Below, piece by piece: positions 62,241 to 64,000 of a DNA stretch of 64,000 nt. The stretch is from positions 1-64,000 of the forward strand of contig MU626355.1 of NCBI GenBank assembly GCA_025603075.1, read 5' to 3'. The notes below the pieces were generated by a model. It was not told the origin of the DNA and ran no database searches. It worked only from the letters and a program-made list of their open reading frames with translations. The first letter of the stretch is position 1; each line of letters opens with the position of its first letter. Source of the DNA: Neoconidiobolus thromboides FSU 785 (taxonomy: Eukaryota; Fungi; Entomophthoromycota). Position numbers and translations under genes: made by a program.

Positions 62241-63482
62241 TCAATAACGGATGCTTTGACAAGCTTCAAGTAATTCTGCATTATAATCTGTAGTTAAATC
62301 CCAATTCATGACCCCACGAAGACCCATTTTTTTAGCATAATCTACTTTAATTTGGATAGATTTTGGATCATCATAACTAATAAATTTCTTGGTTTTCTTA
62401 TTAAATAACCAAGGTGTTTGAGTTTTATGATCAAAATATCTTTCATAACCTGAAGAAGAACATGGAGTAAATGGATCTTTCTTTAAAATATCTTGACGTA
62501 AATTTTTATATTGATAATAACCACCATAAGCTAATGGAGCTGGACATAATTTACTTACTTCTTTAACATCTGAAGCATCTCCTTGTGGAATTACACTTTC
62601 TGCTGGATGAACTAAAGTATTGGAATTTCTAGTTATATCTCTTAATGTAGTTTTAGCTCGTCCATAAAAAGCTAAACCACCACAAAGTTTATTGAGTGGG
62701 AAACCAGCTTTATTCCATGCCTCAATTGAAGAGGCAAATGATCCTTGATCATTAATAGAATACAATGGGGCATTAGGACCAGTACTATTACCACCATTAC
62801 TAATATCATAAGCCATAATATTAATAAAATCAAAATATTTAGCAAATTCACTAACATCATTCATTGGTTTACCATCAGGTCCATCAAATGGTTCTACTCT
62901 TACTGCAGCAGTTAGTAATTTTCGATTATGTGGGAATTCTTTATCTAATGCACATCTTAATTCCTTTAACAATTCTAAATAATTTTTAGAATCCTCTTTT
63001 GAATAAATATTACACAAATCTCCTTTTCTTCCTGGATACTCCCAATCAATATCAATTCCATCTAAATCCCATTCTGTTTGTTCAGCATCTTCTTTTTTAG
63101 TATTCTTTCTTAAAAATTTTATAGCATTATTAATGAAAGATGTACGGTATTCTTTTTTAGTTACTATCTTAGAAAAAGTTTGGCTTCCAGTCCATCCACC
63201 TAATGAGATCAAGGTCTTTACATTATGTTGTTTAGCCAATTTAGTCAAATTACGTAAGTGTGGACCATCATAATAAATATCAAAGCCGATATCGGTTAAA
63301 TTGGTTAGCTTTGTTAAAGTACCAAAAGCATAATTAATATGAGTTAATTTATTGTATTGAATTTGATCAGGTGTCATCTTTCCCCAAGGTACATAGTAAC
63401 CTAATACCACTTTATCATTACCATTACATAAGACTTGAGTAGTCAAGGTTAGCAATCCTAACAATAGAGTATTGAATTGCAT
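62241..63482 (-). CDS. Secreted GH18 chitinase, catalytic domain only; closest paralog of 39241
   Basis: Signal peptide, SLGGW, LDGIDIDWEYP, MAYD, FISYDD. Confidence 0.93.
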   Translation of the reverse strand: MQFNTLLLGLLTLTTQVLCNGNDKVVLGYYVPWGKMTPDQIQYNKLTHINYAFGTLTKLTNLTDIGFDIYYDGPHLRNLTKLAKQHNVKTLISLGGWTGSQTFSKIVTKKEYRTSFINNAIKFLRKNTKKEDAEQTEWDLDGIDIDWEYPGRKGDLCNIYSKEDSKNYLELLKELRCALDKEFPHNRKLLTAAVRVEPFDGPDGKPMNDVSEFAKYFDFINIMAYDISNGGNSTGPNAPLYSINDQGSFASSIEAWNKAGFPLNKLCGGLAFYGRAKTTLRDITRNSNTLVHPAESVIPQGDASDVKEVSKLCPAPLAYGGYYQYKNLRQDILKKDPFTPCSSSGYERYFDHKTQTPWLFNKKTKKFISYDDPKSIQIKVDYAKKMGLRGVMNWDLTTDYNAELLEACQSIRY

Positions 63483-64000
63483 GTTATTTTATTAAAAATT
63501 ATTAAATTATTTAGATCAACTAAAAGAAATAAAAAAATTAGTCTTTTTTATTTTATTGATTATAGTTGTTTATAGTTTTATATACTATTTTTTTTGTTTA
63601 TTTATTTCAGTTGAATGTTCTATTATTTTTAATAAATTTTTATAATTTTCTTCAATGTAATTACTATAAATGGTAATTAATCAATGAAGTTCAAGTGAGT
63701 TTGTTTGATCTATAAAAATTAAATATTCATATTTCAACTTCCATATTGTTTAATGTTTATTATCACCAATAATTAGCCAATTAATCAAATTTTGCAAATA
63801 GAATAAATTTATTAACTTCTTGGCTTATTATGAAAAAGGTGATATATAATAAATTTAATCTATTATTTAATAAATTTATTAGTAAACTTATTACTATTAT
63901 CATTATTTTTAAATTTAAAATAGATAATAACTAGTTGATATCTCCTTTTTTATATAGTTTATAGAAATTTTAGATGATATTATAACACTAATAAATATTT

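Noticed and set aside
2988-63000. Many small track ORFs (e.g. 2988, 3859, 4132, 5106, 13700, 17029, 20763, 23156, 28427, 39732, 49297, 62672)
   Set aside because: They overlap real genes on the opposite strand or in another frame, often start at TTG/GTG, and show no recognisable motifs.
36197-63482. Simple inverted duplication of a receptor+chitinase cassette
   Set aside because: Inverting receptor(-)/chitinase(+) would give chitinase(-) then receptor(+), but the order seen at 60.9-63.5 kb is the reverse.
1-64000. Non-canonical (GC-AG/AT-AC) introns or an altered genetic code
   Set aside because: All introns I spliced by hand were GT-AG, and long ORFs translate normally with the standard code.

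Overview
Very AT-rich eukaryotic DNA (roughly three quarters A+T by eye) with short GT-AG introns of about 45-60 nt. The gene content points to an early-diverging fungus. The single-exon class-A-like 7TM family plus GH18 expansion suggests Entomophthoromycota (Conidiobolus/Neoconidiobolus-like); this taxon call is inference. The first ~33 kb holds mostly conserved genes: VPS1 dynamin, NEO1 P4-ATPase, a SPRY membrane protein, old yellow enzyme, GND1, an NTF2-like protein, CBP4, an atypical cyclophilin, AP-3 beta, an R3H/G-patch protein and two Cys-rich GPI proteins. It also has an intronless protein with a predicted MLKL-type four-helix bundle, a pseudokinase carrying HGG/GFE motifs and Sel1 repeats. 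From ~34 kb on is a dynamic region. Four secreted GH18 chitinases are interleaved with a birth-and-death family of ~300-aa rhodopsin-like 7TM receptors (4 intact, 1 single frameshift, 2 pseudogenes, one of them back at 12-13 kb), an HMT1/ABCB6-type ABC half-transporter and a complex I accessory subunit. At least 12 copies of a ~105-bp nested-hairpin, MITE-like element are scattered through the intergenic DNA. I found no rRNA, tRNA or CRISPR features. Most small ORFs in the supplied track are exon fragments, antisense shadows or low-complexity artefacts. All family assignments come from recognising motifs by eye; no database searches were run.
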